A stretch of DNA of 64,000 bases from Flectonema sp. DT1601 (Eukaryota): NCBI GenBank assembly GCA_964019425.1, contig OZ025780.1:310001-374000 (forward strand), read 5' to 3'. The position numbers and the translations under genes are program-made. Below, one piece after another: positions 1 through 12,551 of the stretch (positions within the stretch are counted from its first letter, which is position 1; each line of letters starts with the position of its first letter). Under the pieces are notes generated by a model that saw nothing but the letters and a program-made list of their open reading frames with translations, was not told where the DNA came from and searched no databases.

Positions 1-5
1 GAAGG

Positions 6-36
<31 letters not shown>

Positions 37-3000
37 TAGGGAAAAATGGTAGTCGTTTTTTTTTTTTTTTTTTTAAATTTTATTTGTTGCGCAATATTAG
101 AAGAAGTAGCCACAGGGTGGAAAAAAAAAAACGATAAAAACCCCCAAGACCCAACTGTTGTTGTTCATTCAGGTGAACAACTAGTCGGATTACTCTTCTT
201 CTTATTGTTATCGATTTTGAGGAATGTATGGGTAAAAAAAAAAAAAAAAAAAAAAGGGTCAGTAACTTTTAGCCCGAAATCGGTCGGGTCTGTAAGTTGT
301 GCTACTTTCGAAGGAAAAAAAAAAAAAAAAAAAACTTTTAAAACCATTTAAGATCGCGAGTTAAACAACAAAGCCCAATGGGCTTCAGCTCCAGGCGAAC
401 TAGCAGTTTTCTATTTCACAAAAAAGAAGAGAAGGCTTGCACGGTTCAATGTTCAACCTCGCACTACATTCTTCTTATCAACCAAAGTTACGTTGAGTAT
501 AAAACAAATTAAAAAAGAAAACAAGAAAGCGGCGTCTTAGATCGTTAAAGTTGTAAGCCGTCATTTCTTTCTTCTGCTGTGTGATTCACGATTTTTCTTC
601 TTACGTTTTTTTTTTTTGTAATCAGACTCGAGAGAAAGTGGGAAAAAAAAAAGAATAAAAAACTATAAAAAGTCAGCTATAATATACATTTTATTCCATA
701 TGAGGAAGCGCAGTACGTCAGTACATAAAAAAAAAGGTTAAAAAAAAAAAAAAAAAAAAACTGGAAAATAGAATTTTCTTTTTCTTTGTTGGTTTTATTA
801 TAAAAATAGCAGTTTCGCGCACCCCTTTCGAAAAGTGTCCCGTGAGGGTTCTATAAGCTCTGTATGATGCCCAACTTAACGTATTTCTAACAGCAAGCGA
901 TAGAATGGTAATGATTAATTTAAGGAAAAGATAAGACATACATATATAGCCTGTTGTGTATTGTGGATTTTTTTTTTTTTTTTTTGTTTTGAAAAAAATT
1001 CAACAAAAAAAAAAAAAAAAAAAGTCCGAAAGAAGGAAATAGTACGCACGCTACTACTGCCTAAGTTATCGCAATTTTTTTTTAAATAATCACCAAACTA
1101 AAAATAACAAATGCTTGATTTTCAAGTGGAAGGTAGACTGAGCGATGACAAACGAACAAGTATTATATTAAAAAAAAACAACAAAAAAACAATCCCGTGA
1201 GGAAGGCCGTGGTAAAAGATACTACAAGTGTGGCATTGCACCATTTTGTGAGTTTTTTTTTTTTTCTTTTTCTTTTCTCTTCCTTTTTTTTTTTTTTTGA
1301 GCTTTCCTTCACCGCCATTCATTCATTCTCTTTCCTCGAAAAAACAATTCCTTTTGACCATGCAAAAGGAAGTTAAAAAAAAAAAAAACCGTAACAAATC
1401 GAAAAAAAAGAAAACGCTACAAAAATGTTAAAGATGACGAACGAAAAATCGTTTTTAACTTTTCTTTCGAAAGCAGTCTCTGATTTTTGTATAGTTACCA
1501 CATCAGAAGAAAAGAAACGAAAAATTCAAAAAAAATTATCAGCAATATTTTTTTTTCATCATAACAACTAAAAAGAATTATTTAAAACAAAGGTCAGACA
1601 TCAATAACAATAAAAAAAAAAAAAAAAAAAAAACAACTCGCGAGCAAACGGAAAAAGTACAATAATAGGTACAGCTGCAGCTGTCCAAGTCACCACTCCA
1701 TTAGAATTCAAAAAAAAGCAACAAACAAAATTGTCCTACTACTTTTTTAAAATAAGTAGTTACGTGACAAATAGCTGTTCTCCGTTCTCTGTCGGACGAG
1801 TCCACCAGAAAGGATTGCTTGTACTTGATTGAATTAAGTAGACAAACGTGATTGCATACCACCATCGAATCTACGAAATGCGATGCTACTTTAATATAAC
1901 TATATGCAGCAATCAACTCCAGTAATCAATAAGCAACCTTACAGCAACTCCGTCCCCGTTTCGAACGGGTCTCAAGCCAATCGCCGCAACATACCAAAAA
2001 GTGGTGACCGTTCTGAGACACTGTTGACCGACAATTGTAGTTAACCGTGGCAAAAAAAAAAAAAAAAAAAGAAAACTATAAATTGAGAGTTGGAAATACG
2101 GAATTTGAATTATTTTAAAACAGCTTCAACTTAACAACAATTCAATGTTTGGGGAAGGAGGGGCGCAAAAAAACCTTCATCACAACGAGACAACAGTAAT
2201 CTGGACAGGTATATCAAAAAACGAAATTACTTTTTTTTTTTTTTTTTGATCCTTGCCTTTTACGATTCCATCGGCCGAAAACAATATCTACACCGCCATA
2301 CTCTACGTGGATTTGAAAAAAAAACAGTTTCAAAATGAAAAACGAAATTTTCCAAAAAAAAAAAAAAAAAAAAAGAGGTGTGTCGACTAAGTTATACAAC
2401 TAATCGCGGGAATGGAGAGAACACGATAAGAGAACTATATCGTATGGCCATGGAAACATACCAGTACAGCAAAATCAACATCTTTCTACATTGTGAAGGA
2501 AGTCTTGCGAGGGGATATCTATTGCTTTACTTATTGTAAGAACTACCTAACTTACTATTCGTGTAACAATTTCTGATGCTGTGGTTTACCTTATATGAAA
2601 GTAAAAAATATGGGGAAGTGAAAAAAATAAGGTTTGTACGTATGCTTTTTTATTTTATTTTTTATCTTTTTCTATTTTATTTCACACGGTACGTGCCAAT
2701 CTATTATAAATATCTGCAAAAAAAAAAAAGAATGAATTCTTCAAATTCGATTCCCGAGGATCACTTTTTTTTCGACGAAGGAAAAGCACAATAAATCGAT
2801 TGCAGAAAAAAACCGATTTCCTTGAAATGGTTTTTCATCAACGATTGTTGTGCATAAAAGGAAAGGACTCAGGGATCACAATTTGAAAAGAGAATTCCCT
2901 GTAAATGTACACCAATAATATGAGGTGATTTCTGCTGTTTTTCAAGAATAAAAACCAAAACGAGGGGGGGCAAGTCATCAAATCATCACATTCTGCTTAG

Positions 3001-5375
3001 GAGCAGCAGAATTGCGATTGAAAAAAAAGAAAAAAAATAAAGAAATTCACCGCCGTTAAATTATAGACAAACTGAATCTTCGCAATCAGATAAAAATGTA
3101 GCACTACCTCAGAGGCGACTAATGAGTTGTTGCCGGCTTGGTAATCAACTCCGGTAGGAGACGTGGGTAATGTAGTGAAAAAAAAAAAGAAAATTGGGAA
3201 GGGCGAGGCAAAGAAGAAAATGGGGAAAACCGACGAACTTTATTTCATTCAAAGAGCTCCGCCGTTTCCCAACTCCATCACAACACGGCAAGCAGCGAAC
3301 GTCTATCAATACAAGGATAGGAGAAAAAGAAAGTTCGTTATCGTTGCAGGCCACTTGGAGCGATGCCAGAATTCGACTTGGTATCAAATCTTTGGGAGAA
3401 GAAGAGCTGAGAAAGGATGGGGGGAGAAAAGAGAGAGAAAAGTTTTTTTTTTTTTTTTGCTGAGGTTGAAAGAAAATCCCTCTCCAAAGTTCAGCAATTT
3501 TTTTTTTTTTTTTTTTTCCCCCAGCTACCAACACTCATCACAATTGTGATTAAAAAAGTTCAATAAATTTTACAAATGAAACAAAATTTTGCGTTGGTTG
3601 AGAACGATATAAGGCTCTCCCCCGTGTCTCCGACTGATCAGAGATTTGCCTTCGAGCTTCATTCTATTCTACTTACCTTACAGAGGAACGACAGACATAG
3701 ACGAATCTAATTTCAAAAGAATTTATTATTTTATCATCCGTCAAAGATGATTAAAACTCAAATAAATAGACATGTGCGTCTTTGCGTGAATCCTTCTTAA
3801 TAGCTGATCATAAGTAAATATGTTGCAACACATTCGCATGTTTAAGTGTTTTGTTAAATGCTTGTCCTTGCCACAGTAATACAAATCAGTCGGGGGGGTG
3901 AAATATTGTTTTATTTTTAGTAGCGTTCAACTCCGGTCTCAGGTAGCAAAAAAAATATTAAAAAAAAAAAAAAATTGAGAAATTTTTCATTCACGCAAAT
4001 TGAATTACCTCACCTCCCAAGGGAAAGCGAACTGCTATGAAAACAGCACACTTACAGCTGCGGGAGGAGAGTTTTTCTCTCTCTCTCTCCCAGTCTACAC
4101 CAGTGAGTGATCGTTCGACATCATAAAGAATACATCAAGGCGCAAAGAAAAAAAAAAAAAAAAAAAAAAAAAAAGGGTTCGCAACCACTTCTACTACTAC
4201 TACTACTACTACTAAACCATTTCAAGGTTAAAGTTTCTTTCTCTAGGAAAAGGATTTGTTGTCTGCATAAAATATTTGTGCATTCCAAGTCGGAGAGAGT
4301 CCAAACTGTACACAATATTCTCACCTAAGTGCTAACTAATACGACTTAGCTCCAAGTTAATTGTTTTTTTTTTTTTTTTTTTTTTTCCCCCTTCCGAAGA
4401 AAAAAAAAAAAAAAAAAAAAAAAAAGTCAAACAATTTTCTGCCAATGAAGGCATGTTTGTGCAGACCAGAGAAACAAAAATAAAATAAAACAAAATAAGG
4501 TGGTCGCTCCCGAATAGCATTTTTTTTTTTACAAGAGAAAATCTCTCAAAGTCAAATCATTATCTTGTTTGAGGTACATGAATTAACAACAGGTGCTGAG
4601 CAAGCACCTACCACTTTTTTCTGTTTTTTTTTTTCCAAGTTTTTTTTAAAGAAATTTCTTCTTTATCATGTTTCGGGGGTGTAGTCGCAGGTAAAATCAA
4701 CAAACATAAAAAAAAAAAAAAAATGATGATAAACTCACAATAACGAATAAAACAACAGAAGAAAAAAAAAAAAAAAAAAAAAAGGGGAAATGAAAATAGC
4801 GAAAACTTGAGTTTCGGGGAAGTAGGAAAAAAAGGGATCTTCTTAACTTGTTGTTGCGCACTAAATTGATTGCTTCAGGACTCATCCAAAAAGACAAAAA
4901 AAAAAAAAAAAAGATACGCAACCATTTTTACAATCGAGCTTCGGAGTTTTAGGGGAAAAAAAAAAAAAAAAACAGCTCTCTATGACTAAACTTTTTCGTA
5001 AATGATTTTACATCGTTCCTCTTCATTGTTTTTTTTATTCCTTCTTTAGAAATAATTTTTTTTGTCCAAAAAAAAATAAAAAGCTCTGTTCCAGTTTTCG
5101 AGGGCAATACAATGCAATTTAATAAAAATGAATTTTTTTTTTTTTTTTCTTACTTGTCAATCTACTTCAAGGTTATTTAATGTAGGAGGTATGTATCCCT
5201 CCGCAAAACGTCATCAAAGACTCCATATATTATAATCAATATTTCTAACTTATCTGCGTACATACAATGTCTCGTATCCTAGATTAGAATAGCAAAAAAG
5301 AAGCTGCCAGCTGTAGCTTTTTTTTTCCTTTTTGAATTTGTCAATTTCAAACACTCGCTTTTGAAACCACATTTG

Positions 5376-5408
<33 letters not shown>

Positions 5409-6375
5409 ATATTGCAAGCGATCTATACTCATGCTGCTTAACCTTTTTTTTTTTTTTTTTTTCTTTGTTGTTTAGTAGCAATTAGAGAACGCGGCAAAAA
5501 AAAATGCTGACAACAGTTTTCTCTCGAAAAGTACTGTAGTCGCTATGTCGCAAAAAAGTTAATATTCTAGTGGTATAGTAGTAATAACAAAAAAAAAAAC
5601 GAAAAAAAAAATAATAATAACAACAAACTTTAATGTTCGAAATGACGAACGAAGTACAATACAAAAAGTTGGTTCCATTTGAATCTCTTGTGACACAGAG
5701 AATACCAAGTTAAAAAAAAAATGACCTTAATTTTCTTTAACACCGAAGGAAAAAAAAAAAAAAAAAAAAACACCATTCAGATTAAGAAACCCCGTGTTAC
5801 TTAATCGTTGCTTTTTTTTTTTTTTTAATGTTTGTTTTTCATATTCTGTACAACTCTAAAAAAAAAAAAAAAAAAAAAAAAATTCAGACCCGATGAATAA
5901 CCCTTTAGTAGGTGGCTTATTGTAGCAAACTAATTGTAGTTTCGGGAAGTTTTTTTTCTCTCTCTTTTTTTTTCTTCTTCTTATAAAAATGTATTTGTGT
6001 GTGTCTATTTTAAAAAAAAAAAAAAAAAAGTTTACTTCTTATTATTCACAAAATCTATAGTTTTCCATTTCCGATATAATATATATTTTTTTTGTGTAGT
6101 ACTTGACAAAGAAAGCAAAGTTCTTTTTAGTTTTGCTCTAGCCCGATATGAAAAATTCTCAACAAGTTTGAGTTAATGCATTGTGTGTGTGTGAACTCTA
6201 CGAGGAGCCTCCACTCTTCCAACCATAGTAATGAACAGAGGTCTTATTTGTTTCCTTTCAGACAAAAAAAAAAAAAAAAAAAAAACAATATTATTTACTG
6301 TAGTGAACGAATGACAAGTGGACTAATCGCGTCCTGGTTTTTGTTGGACGAGTGTCTCGATACCCAACCGTGACT

Positions 6376-6407
<32 letters not shown>

Positions 6408-7661
6408 ACCATACATTTCATTAAAATAATGACTGTGGCCTGCATGATTAGGAATTATTTTTTTCAATTTCACTGCTTACATTAAACAGTGTATTCTCAC
6501 TCAATAGTTTGGTATGCTCAGAGAACACACTTCCATATTTACCTCTAACAAAAGAGGATTTTTTTTTTTTTTTAAAATAATGCGTTCAAACAACATGGGA
6601 ATGAAAATGAGAAAAGGGAGTGAGTTTGCGGGTTTGCGGGGGGAGGTATCAAAAAAAATCATGGGGATCAGCTGGCTTTTCTGTGGATAAATAAAAATAA
6701 CCACCTTCTTTGTGGTTGGTCAGAGAGAGAGAGAAAGAGAGAGGGGAAACACAGAATTTGAGATTAGTTTGTTCATTTTACTTTTTGTTTCCCCACACCG
6801 ATTAATGTTTCCCCTCTGAGAATTTGTTGAAACAACAAAAAAAAAAAAAAAAAAAAAAAAAAGTCCAGTCTCAACGCAACAGAGACTCATCCAATGAAAA
6901 ATGTTATTCAGAATACCAATGCTGGGAAATCCCAAAATAAAAAGCGAAACAGAAATATTTTAATTTGCGTTTTCGGGTTCTTTAAAGCGAGAACCAAGAG
7001 AGGATCTAAAAATGTCACCTCCACTGTTCTGTTCTGTTCTTTTTTTTTTTTTTTTTTTTACATGCGTGAAACCTTATTTTTATGTTTTTTTTCTTCTTCT
7101 TCTTTTCTTTTTGGTAACTTCACAGACAGTTTCTTTTTTTTAAAAAAAAAACTAAAAGAAAAATAAGAAGAAAAGGAACGAAAAAAAAAAAAAAAAAAAA
7201 ATGCTGGGTAAAAATAATTGTTAAAAATAATTGTGATGTCAACGTCGGTGAACGTTGGTGGTGTTTTCTTTTTTTTTTTATTCAACGAAAAATAATGGGA
7301 AAAAAAATTGGGATGTGGAGAGAGAGGGAAAAAAAAAAAAATTACACCACCACGTTAAAACAACACAATACCAACACCAGCAAAACGAACTCGCAATTCG
7401 AAACTAAAAATAAGGGAAAACTGAAAACTTATTTATACTCAAAATAACGTTTTTTTTTTTTTTTTTTCTTTCATAGTGGTTCTGCTTATGTACAAGCAGA
7501 ACCCACATATGTTAAAAGTTTTTTTTTTTTTTTTTTTTTTTTTTTCATGTTTGAATTTTTCTCACACCTCATCCATTAGACAAGGCCAAAAAAAAAACGA
7601 GCATCTACAAGGGTAAGAAAAAAAAAAAGGAAGAAAAACAAAAAAAAACAAGAGTCAGTGC

Positions 7662-8474
7662 TTAGTAGTAAGCAGTTGGTGGTGGGACTCTCTGGGTGTA
7701 GAATGCTGGGGAAACTTTGTCATTCATGTCGTAGTCAAAGTCTGACCAGTTAGAATAAGAAGAATCACTGGAGACTACACGGCAGTGTCCATGACTACGA
7801 TTATGACCCATATCACAATCATAGTCTCCAGAGCTTGAAGCAGTCGTGTACATTTGTGACATCATACTTGCTTGTGAATCACCTGACGACATTCTAGTGT
7901 GATATGGTCTCTTTGGAATTGATGGTCTGCTGTACTTTGAATTACAATCAGAACATTCACAGACCGATCCAAACACTGAAGTCGTATGATGTGGGAATGG
8001 TGTCGGTGTTGGTGTCGTCTTTTCAGTTTCAATGACGATCATTTTCACTTCAGCCTCTGGAAATGCTTTCGCCAAATCACTCATGTACGGCGACAAGTTA
8101 ATCTTACCACCTGACGGCTCATAATGAAGATACAATCTGCTCGAGTCAAAAGTGTACGATGTGTGCATGACTCTGATGTTGGTACTGTTCTCAGGAAGGA
8201 TCTTGTTCGCAACCATTCTAGCGTTAATCTCCCTCTCGACTATCGCTCCTTCCCAGTATTCTGATTCTGCAGTAGTAGCGAATCGGTAAATACTTCTGAC
8301 TCCATTCAGTCTTTCATCACTGTTGACAACCTCCTCACAGGAAACAACAGCACCCAAATCCAAACCTTTATTCTCAGCCTCAATCATTACGTGATCACCG
8401 TGCTTGTACTCGACGGTGCTGGTGAAAAATTCTGTTCTTCCCCACTTGAATTGAACATTGTTGAGAAAAGTCAT
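7662..8474 (-). CDS. PSP1 C-terminal domain protein (similar to trypanosomatid cycling-sequence-binding/PSP1 family) with S/T-rich tail
   Basis: VQFKWGRTEFF...GDHVMIEAENKGLDLGAV...IYRFAT...SYTFDSSRLYLHY matches the PSP1-C pattern (V.FK..R, GD.ViVE.drG.DlG.V, yqfD..kl.fyy). Start taken at MTFLNN (8474). Confidence 0.75.
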   Translation of the reverse strand: MTFLNNVQFKWGRTEFFTSTVEYKHGDHVMIEAENKGLDLGAVVSCEEVVNSDERLNGVRSIYRFATTAESEYWEGAIVEREINARMVANKILPENSTNIRVMHTSYTFDSSRLYLHYEPSGGKINLSPYMSDLAKAFPEAEVKMIVIETEKTTPTPTPFPHHTTSVFGSVCECSDCNSKYSRPSIPKRPYHTRMSSGDSQASMMSQMYTTASSSGDYDCDMGHNRSHGHCRVVSSDSSYSNWSDFDYDMNDKVSPAFYTQRVPPPTAYY

Positions 8475-8919
8475 TGTTGTGAATAAGGGAGTTGTAAGAC
8501 GCCTAGACTGTAGAGAGAAAACCATAAAACCATTAACTTAACATCTGTTAAGGATTCAACTTAACTTAGCCTTTGGTTTCCAAAGTAATCCATGTATCTC
8601 TTGCTCGATTGTTAACCCGATTAGATTGCTGATACAAAAAAAAAGTATTTTTTTATTCATTTAAAAAAAAAAAAAAAAAAAACAATAACTGAAATTCGAA
8701 AACGCGGACCAGACGTCAGATAGGAAAGTCCCGACTTAGAAATTGTTATAAAATACACTTTCGGGGGCTGGCTGCGGAGAACACTACCGGGAAGAGGTGT
8801 TTCCCGACGACCTATCAGTCAATTTAGGTACCAGCAGTAAAGCCATGCGCTTTACTAATTTCATAACCTGCTTTTTTGAGGTTATTCGGTCCAAACAGGT
8901 TGGAAGTCGTTATTGGAGA

Positions 8920-11480
8920 CTAAAACACTTCGACATTATTATTCTTACCACTGACTGCCCAACTACCAGAAGGAGACACAGCAATCGTATGTACAGAATC
9001 ACATGGTGTGAATCGAGAAGCTCTCAGTTCTCCAGTCAGAGAATATGACAACACATAGGAATCGTCAACGCCGATAATAATTTCCGCTCTTACAAACTTA
9101 ACAGACTTCACTTTCCAGTCAGGGTTTGGCAATAATATTATCCTAACAACCTTTCCTGTTATTAACGATATCAAAGACAGGTAAGGAACGTCACCACCCA
9201 CAACTAACCAAAGTCCATCAGAGTCAACATCTATGCAAGTCACAGCTGTTTTATTATTTTTAATTAGCTTAAAGTTATGTAGAGTATTCCTCTGACCTGT
9301 ATACACAAAAAAAACAAGCGGAGAGAGCACAGGTGAAGGAGCTCAATCACTTGAGGGCGGATGAAGAGGACGTTGAGATGGCAGTTGTTATACAACGGGA
9401 AGTCGTATCGGGTGATAATCTCCACTTGAATATGATGCGTGAACCTGAAGGGGACTCGAAGGTAGTAATGGACGCTCAATTGACTGAGGGAGTGTATTAG
9501 GTCTTAGATGACAAAGGAGGCGTGCAAGTTTGCGTTTATTCAAGTGAAGTTCGAAAATGATGCCCAGACTGGAGCCGGAGTACTGGCCGGATAACATGGT
9601 GTTATCAGAGGCTACAAAGCTGGTGGGAGAGGAGTGTACCTCACAACCACGAAGGAAGCAAGAAGCAGAATGGCTGGGGTCGAGCTGGGTGCTGGGAATC
9701 GCTGACCTTGTTTAACGTTGTTCCCCCCTACGGATGAAGCGAAGGAAGTGCAGGTTGTGGTGAAGATGGGGTGAAGAGATCTGAGGAGGCTGTGGCTATC
9801 AGCACTGGGTAGGGAGGTCCTCCCAAAAGGAACGGATATCAGTGCAATGGTGAGAACGAGGGAGCTAGTTGTTCGGTTGGACAAGAGATGGTTGGAGTCA
9901 CAAATAACAGTCATGCTGCAGGTGAAGGAAACTCAGAGTCTGGGAAGGAGGGCATCTTTACCAAAGAAAGGGATCACCTGGATGAGAAGGCAGTGAAGGC
10001 ATCTGTTCTGCGGCTGCCGAAGGATGACACCCTCAGTTTGGCAAGGTACAAGGCAAATGAAGTTGAGGGAGGTCTTGGGTTAGTGCTCAACGAGTATGGC
10101 CTTGGTATAAGGGTTACCGGTTGGCATGAGAAGGCTGCGAGGGAGAAGTTGCACCTGAAAGAAAGACATACCACAGACGACTGTCGAGGTGTACGCTGCA
10201 GCCTTTTGTAAACCAGATGCTGCTCGTTTTGTTGCACTCGTTTTCTTCTCTAATTCCATGACGCAAGGGAGAATCTGGCTTCGCTCAGACAAGTCTGAAA
10301 TTGGAGTGAAGATTACTGTCCCGGCAGACGATGAGGTGATGAGTTGCGTTCCATCAGAAGTGATTCCTGTCACATTCGTATTGTGAAGACGAGAAGAGTT
10401 CACATGAGTAAGTTGATACGATTTAGATATTTTATATTCATGAACAGTTCCTTCAGAATCACCAGCGAATAATTTATCATCAATAACCTTAAGCGAAACG
10501 ATAACAGCATTCCCTTCCTTATCAGATTGAGTTTCAGAGACTGACGGGATTGCAGTAGTCGCATCTATTCTTCTTTTACTGAGAAGTCGATCTTTCTTAG
10601 TAGTTGGGGTATGCGGCTGAACTGGATTAGACTCCGACATCTCTGCAAGCCTCTCTTTAATAGTTTTCACGTTATACAAGAAGATTGATTGGCCTACTGC
10701 TGCTATTATGTGAGATTGATCAGATGTGACTGACAGGTCTGTGACAGCAGTCTTTGTTTTAAAGTAGTTTGCGGAGGTGCGGTCACATACATCGTAGACG
10801 GCAATAGACCCGTCATTGTCACCGAGGAATAGTAATTGTGAATCACTGTTTTCAATTAAAACTGAACAGTGAGAGGTTGGTGTTATTCCTAATCCTATCT
10901 CAAGAGACATTTCTATCACATCTTTGTCTTCTTCTTTTGAAGGAGCCTTCGAAACAACTGCATTGGGCTGGGCTGGTGAAGTCGGGGACACTGTCGGTTG
11001 CTGCACGCTATTCTGTTTCGGTGATGACGCATTTCGATCTCTCTCCCTTTCTCTATTGTACTCGTTGTTTAATGGTGGTTGTGGAGGACCACCGTGTTGA
11101 GATGTGTGGTAATTTCTACCTCCATGTCTTCCACTAGACTGAGGGGGACTTGACATGTTGTCTCTTCCAATTCGAGACGGACCCGAATAGGCACCTCCTC
11201 CTCCTCCTCCTGTTACCCCTCCCCTACTTGGGCCAGATCTTAAGTCTCTCGACTGATGGTGCTGAGCTGGGTGGTTTTGGTTTTGGTGTCCATGTTGACC
11301 TCCGTATGCTCCACCACTGTTACCACTACCTCCATGCGGCATTTGTCTTCCTCTGTTGTAGTCACCACCACTTCCACTTCCTCGATAGTCTCCTCCTCCT
11401 GATCCTCCTCCTCCACGGTAGTTGTCTCTTCCATAGTTACCATGACGCTGGTATCCTCCTCCTCCTCCTTGATTGCTCAT
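8920..11480 (-). CDS. THOC6: WD40-repeat protein, THOC6-like, with N-terminal RGG/Gly-rich region; exons 11480-10172 and 9296-8920, 875-nt GT-AG intron 10171-9297; ~561 aa
   Basis: Donor TG|GTATGT at 10171 and acceptor TATACAG|GT at 9297 join in phase 1 (...VVC-G-QRNTLH...). C-terminal VTCIDVDSDGLWLVVGG...SLTGEL...GKNNNVEVF resembles THOC6 IGCLATDSDWMVCGG...QLSGEL...GNSCRVDVF. The exact 3' end is uncertain. Confidence 0.65.
9320..10165 (+). pseudogene. Decayed coding remnant, probably a transposable-element ORF fragment, antisense inside the THOC6-like intron
   Basis: GC-richer than neighbouring non-coding DNA, purine-rich on + and lacking homopolymer runs. Protein-like + strand reads (e.g. 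VLRLPKDDTLSLARYKANEVEGGLGLVLNEYGLGIRVTGWHEKAAREKL) are broken by stops and frame changes. Confidence 0.5.
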
Positions 11481-12225
11481 TTTGTTACGATGTGCACTGA
11501 AAGTAGAAATTATAATTAGTTGATTGCACTCACATCTGATCTGGAATTGCAGTGAGGGTGATAGCGTTGGCGTTACACATTTCACATTATTTAGTGGGGC
11601 TTGTGTTAGAATCTGTAAAGAAATAAGAATGAAAGAAATCGTAAACGTAGTGATTGCTACCTACACAACCCTTCCCACGTACACTAAGAAAAAAAAAACC
11701 ACACCATGAACTCGACAGTGCAGCTCCCTGTGGTCACGAGGAGCCAGCACTGCCTGGGATGCCAGCTGATGTTTGAAAACTGTGCTCAGAGCACTAGCTA
11801 CGTTTTTGTTTTCTTAGTTTCTTTTTTTATTCATTCATCGAAGTCAGGGAAGTCAAACCCTCAGTAGAAGCTCACGGGATACCAGTCATTCGGTACCACA
11901 ACTGTGAGACTCTCACAGGAGAGAAGAGACGCAGACTCGATTACAAAAATAACTACACACACACAACACACACAATGATCATATAAATAGAAATCGGCTT
12001 AGTAGTCTTTCGAGGTTACGAAAGTTACACAAGACCTGGTGTACTATTCTTTCATTGAGTCGCCGCTGTACAACAACCTGGTTTTAGGCCCTGCATCACG
12101 GCTGGTTAAAAATAAATGATTTCGGAACGTTGGAAAAAGGGGAAAAAAGAATAATACTTGGGTAATAAGGTTTATGTTAAAAACCGTTTTATTTATTCAT
12201 TTTAATTGGTTCGTTTAATTCGTAT

Positions 12226-12257
<32 letters not shown>

Positions 12258-12551
12258 TATCAACTGTACTCGACTTTGCAGTTTCTAAGGTCACGAGAAC
12301 GATACGAAGCCTGGTTAGTACTAATCAAGTGGTTTAGTTGTTTGCAGTTATTCATGACAATATAATAAACGAGTGAAAGAATCGGAATAGAGAGAGGAGG
12401 GAGGGACACGGGGTGAATTGATCCCAAGCATAATCAAAAAAGAAGAAAACGCAAGGGACACACGGGCGATGAAAAAAAAGATAACACACCCACAACGCAT
12501 TTCCAATTCTAACCGCGGGTTACTTGTTTGATATCAACATAAACTCACTTT

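Noticed and set aside
1944..1975. CCCGTTCGAAACGGG T-arm-like hairpin on the minus strand
   Set aside because: No A box or other tRNA arms at the proper spacing.
46..7285. Many 60-130 aa K-rich or F-rich ORFs here and in other intergenic tracts
   Set aside because: They arise from poly-A/poly-T runs and show no domain signal.
8723..8770. RNase MRP/P-like motifs GGAAAGTCCC and ACAC..GGGGCT; also SECIS or hammerhead interpretations of this fold
   Set aside because: The two motifs are only ~30 nt apart and form a simple hairpin. There is no CUGANGA core and no SECIS-length helix with apical AA.
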